Source: Octopus bimaculoides
Taxonomy: Eukaryota
Direction: 5' to 3'
Assembly (NCBI RefSeq): GCF_001194135.2
Contig: NC_068983.1
Span: 65,809,056 to 65,845,375, forward strand
DNA length: 36,320 nt
Numbering within the stretch: position 1 is the stretch's first letter; each line of letters opens with the position of its first letter. Below are positions 35,290-36,320 of the stretch, in pieces. The notes under the pieces are model-generated. The model ran no database searches. It was not told the origin of the DNA and worked only from the letters and a program-made list of their open reading frames with translations. The translations under genes were made by a program, and so were the position numbers.

Positions 35290-35935
35290 GCATAAAAATC
35301 AACTCAACCGTAAGACATTATTACCGAATGTGACAACTGCGATTAGAGAAGAATGCTACATGGTTGTTTTACAATGCATTGAGACAGAGTAAAAAAAAAA
35401 AAATTCACATCGTAACCGCTGTGTTTAAGCTTCGTTAAGTGTTGAGCGCTGGAGCGATTAGAAATGGCATATGCTCGGTAAGACCGCATGGAAGCAGAAC
35501 GGCATGAAATAAATGGAAGAGGAATGCGACCAAGGTTTGGGGAGTAATCCCAACAAATCCTGTAGGAGATTTTGACTTGAGTTTAGGTTGAATACTCTCT
35601 CTGTTTTCGGTGATTTGTGTTTACATTTCTCAATTATATTGTGCGCTTATAGAATCATTCATTGATTATTTCGTGCATATTCAAATAAATATGTATCAAC
35701 ACACTGAAAAAGATGTCTTTGTATGAATGGGCTCTCTGGCCAAAAGAGAAAAAATGCTGTTGTTGCTATTATTCAGAATGGTTACGGCATCTGACAAAAT
35801 GCTAAACATCTACATTCAAATCCACTGAAGTTGAATTTTGCCTGGAACTCTTCCGATGTGGATACAATGAAGTGAAACCTATTTAATTGAACGGCTTACC
35901 CTTTCCAATTTCAGGCGTTGTGACTTTGATAATGA

Positions 35936-35937
<2 letters not shown>

Positions 35938-36028
<91 letters not shown>

Positions 36029-36040
36029 GAATAATAATAA
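35938..36040. repeat. (CTA)n(AAT)n microsatellite
   Basis: Direct inspection. Confidence 0.96.
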
Positions 36041-36145
36041 GAAGACACCGGGGAAGTGAGAAGACACCGGGGAAGTGAGAAGACACCGGGGAAGTGAGAA
36101 GACACCGGGGAAGTTTAACAGAGGAGACACCGGGGAAGTTTAACA
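36041..36145 (+). repeat. 19-bp minisatellite (gaagacaccggggaagtga, three copies plus a partial) followed by a 25-bp-period duplication
   Basis: Units at 36041, 36060, 36079 and 36098; agacaccggggaagtttaaca recurs at 36100 and 36125. Confidence 0.93.
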
Positions 36146-36320
36146 TGTGAGTACGATAAATCACTGCTCCGAAACTTACCCAAAAACATCGGAAATAAAG
36201 ACATCGCATGGAGCCAAAAAATAACTGACAAAGGGTTGGACTATATTCGAGTAAGTAATACTCATTGAAATTTATTCCTATTTTTCCAAATATAATGATG
36301 TATTTTAACTTGATACCTCC

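Noticed and set aside
36041-36145. CRISPR-like appearance of the 19-bp repeats
   Set aside because: The units are contiguous with no unique spacers, there are no cas genes, and the context is eukaryotic.

Overview
Eukaryotic, AT-rich, gapped scaffold sequence with seven N-runs, most of them flanked by microsatellites. From recalled SINE sequences it is probably an octopod cephalopod; this is an inference and no search was run. I found no intact host gene. The window is a graveyard of mobile elements: the 5' half of an L1/Tx1-clade LINE (minus strand, runs off the left edge), a separate Tx1-like 3' fragment, three Tc1/mariner relics (one full length with both TIRs), a Penelope-like RT/GIY-YIG relic, four R4/Dong-like RLE-LINE relics (all minus strand), tRNA-derived SINEs, several fold-back elements and dense microsatellites. 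The most notable signal is a set of minimal type I hammerhead ribozymes of the kind known from Penelope-like elements. One has a fully intact core (35200-35289, minus). One lies inside a tRNA-headed SINE with a head-to-head palindrome (20181-20551). Two decayed copies form an inverted pair (15249-15629). Almost all long ORFs in the supplied track are artefacts of N-runs or microsatellites.
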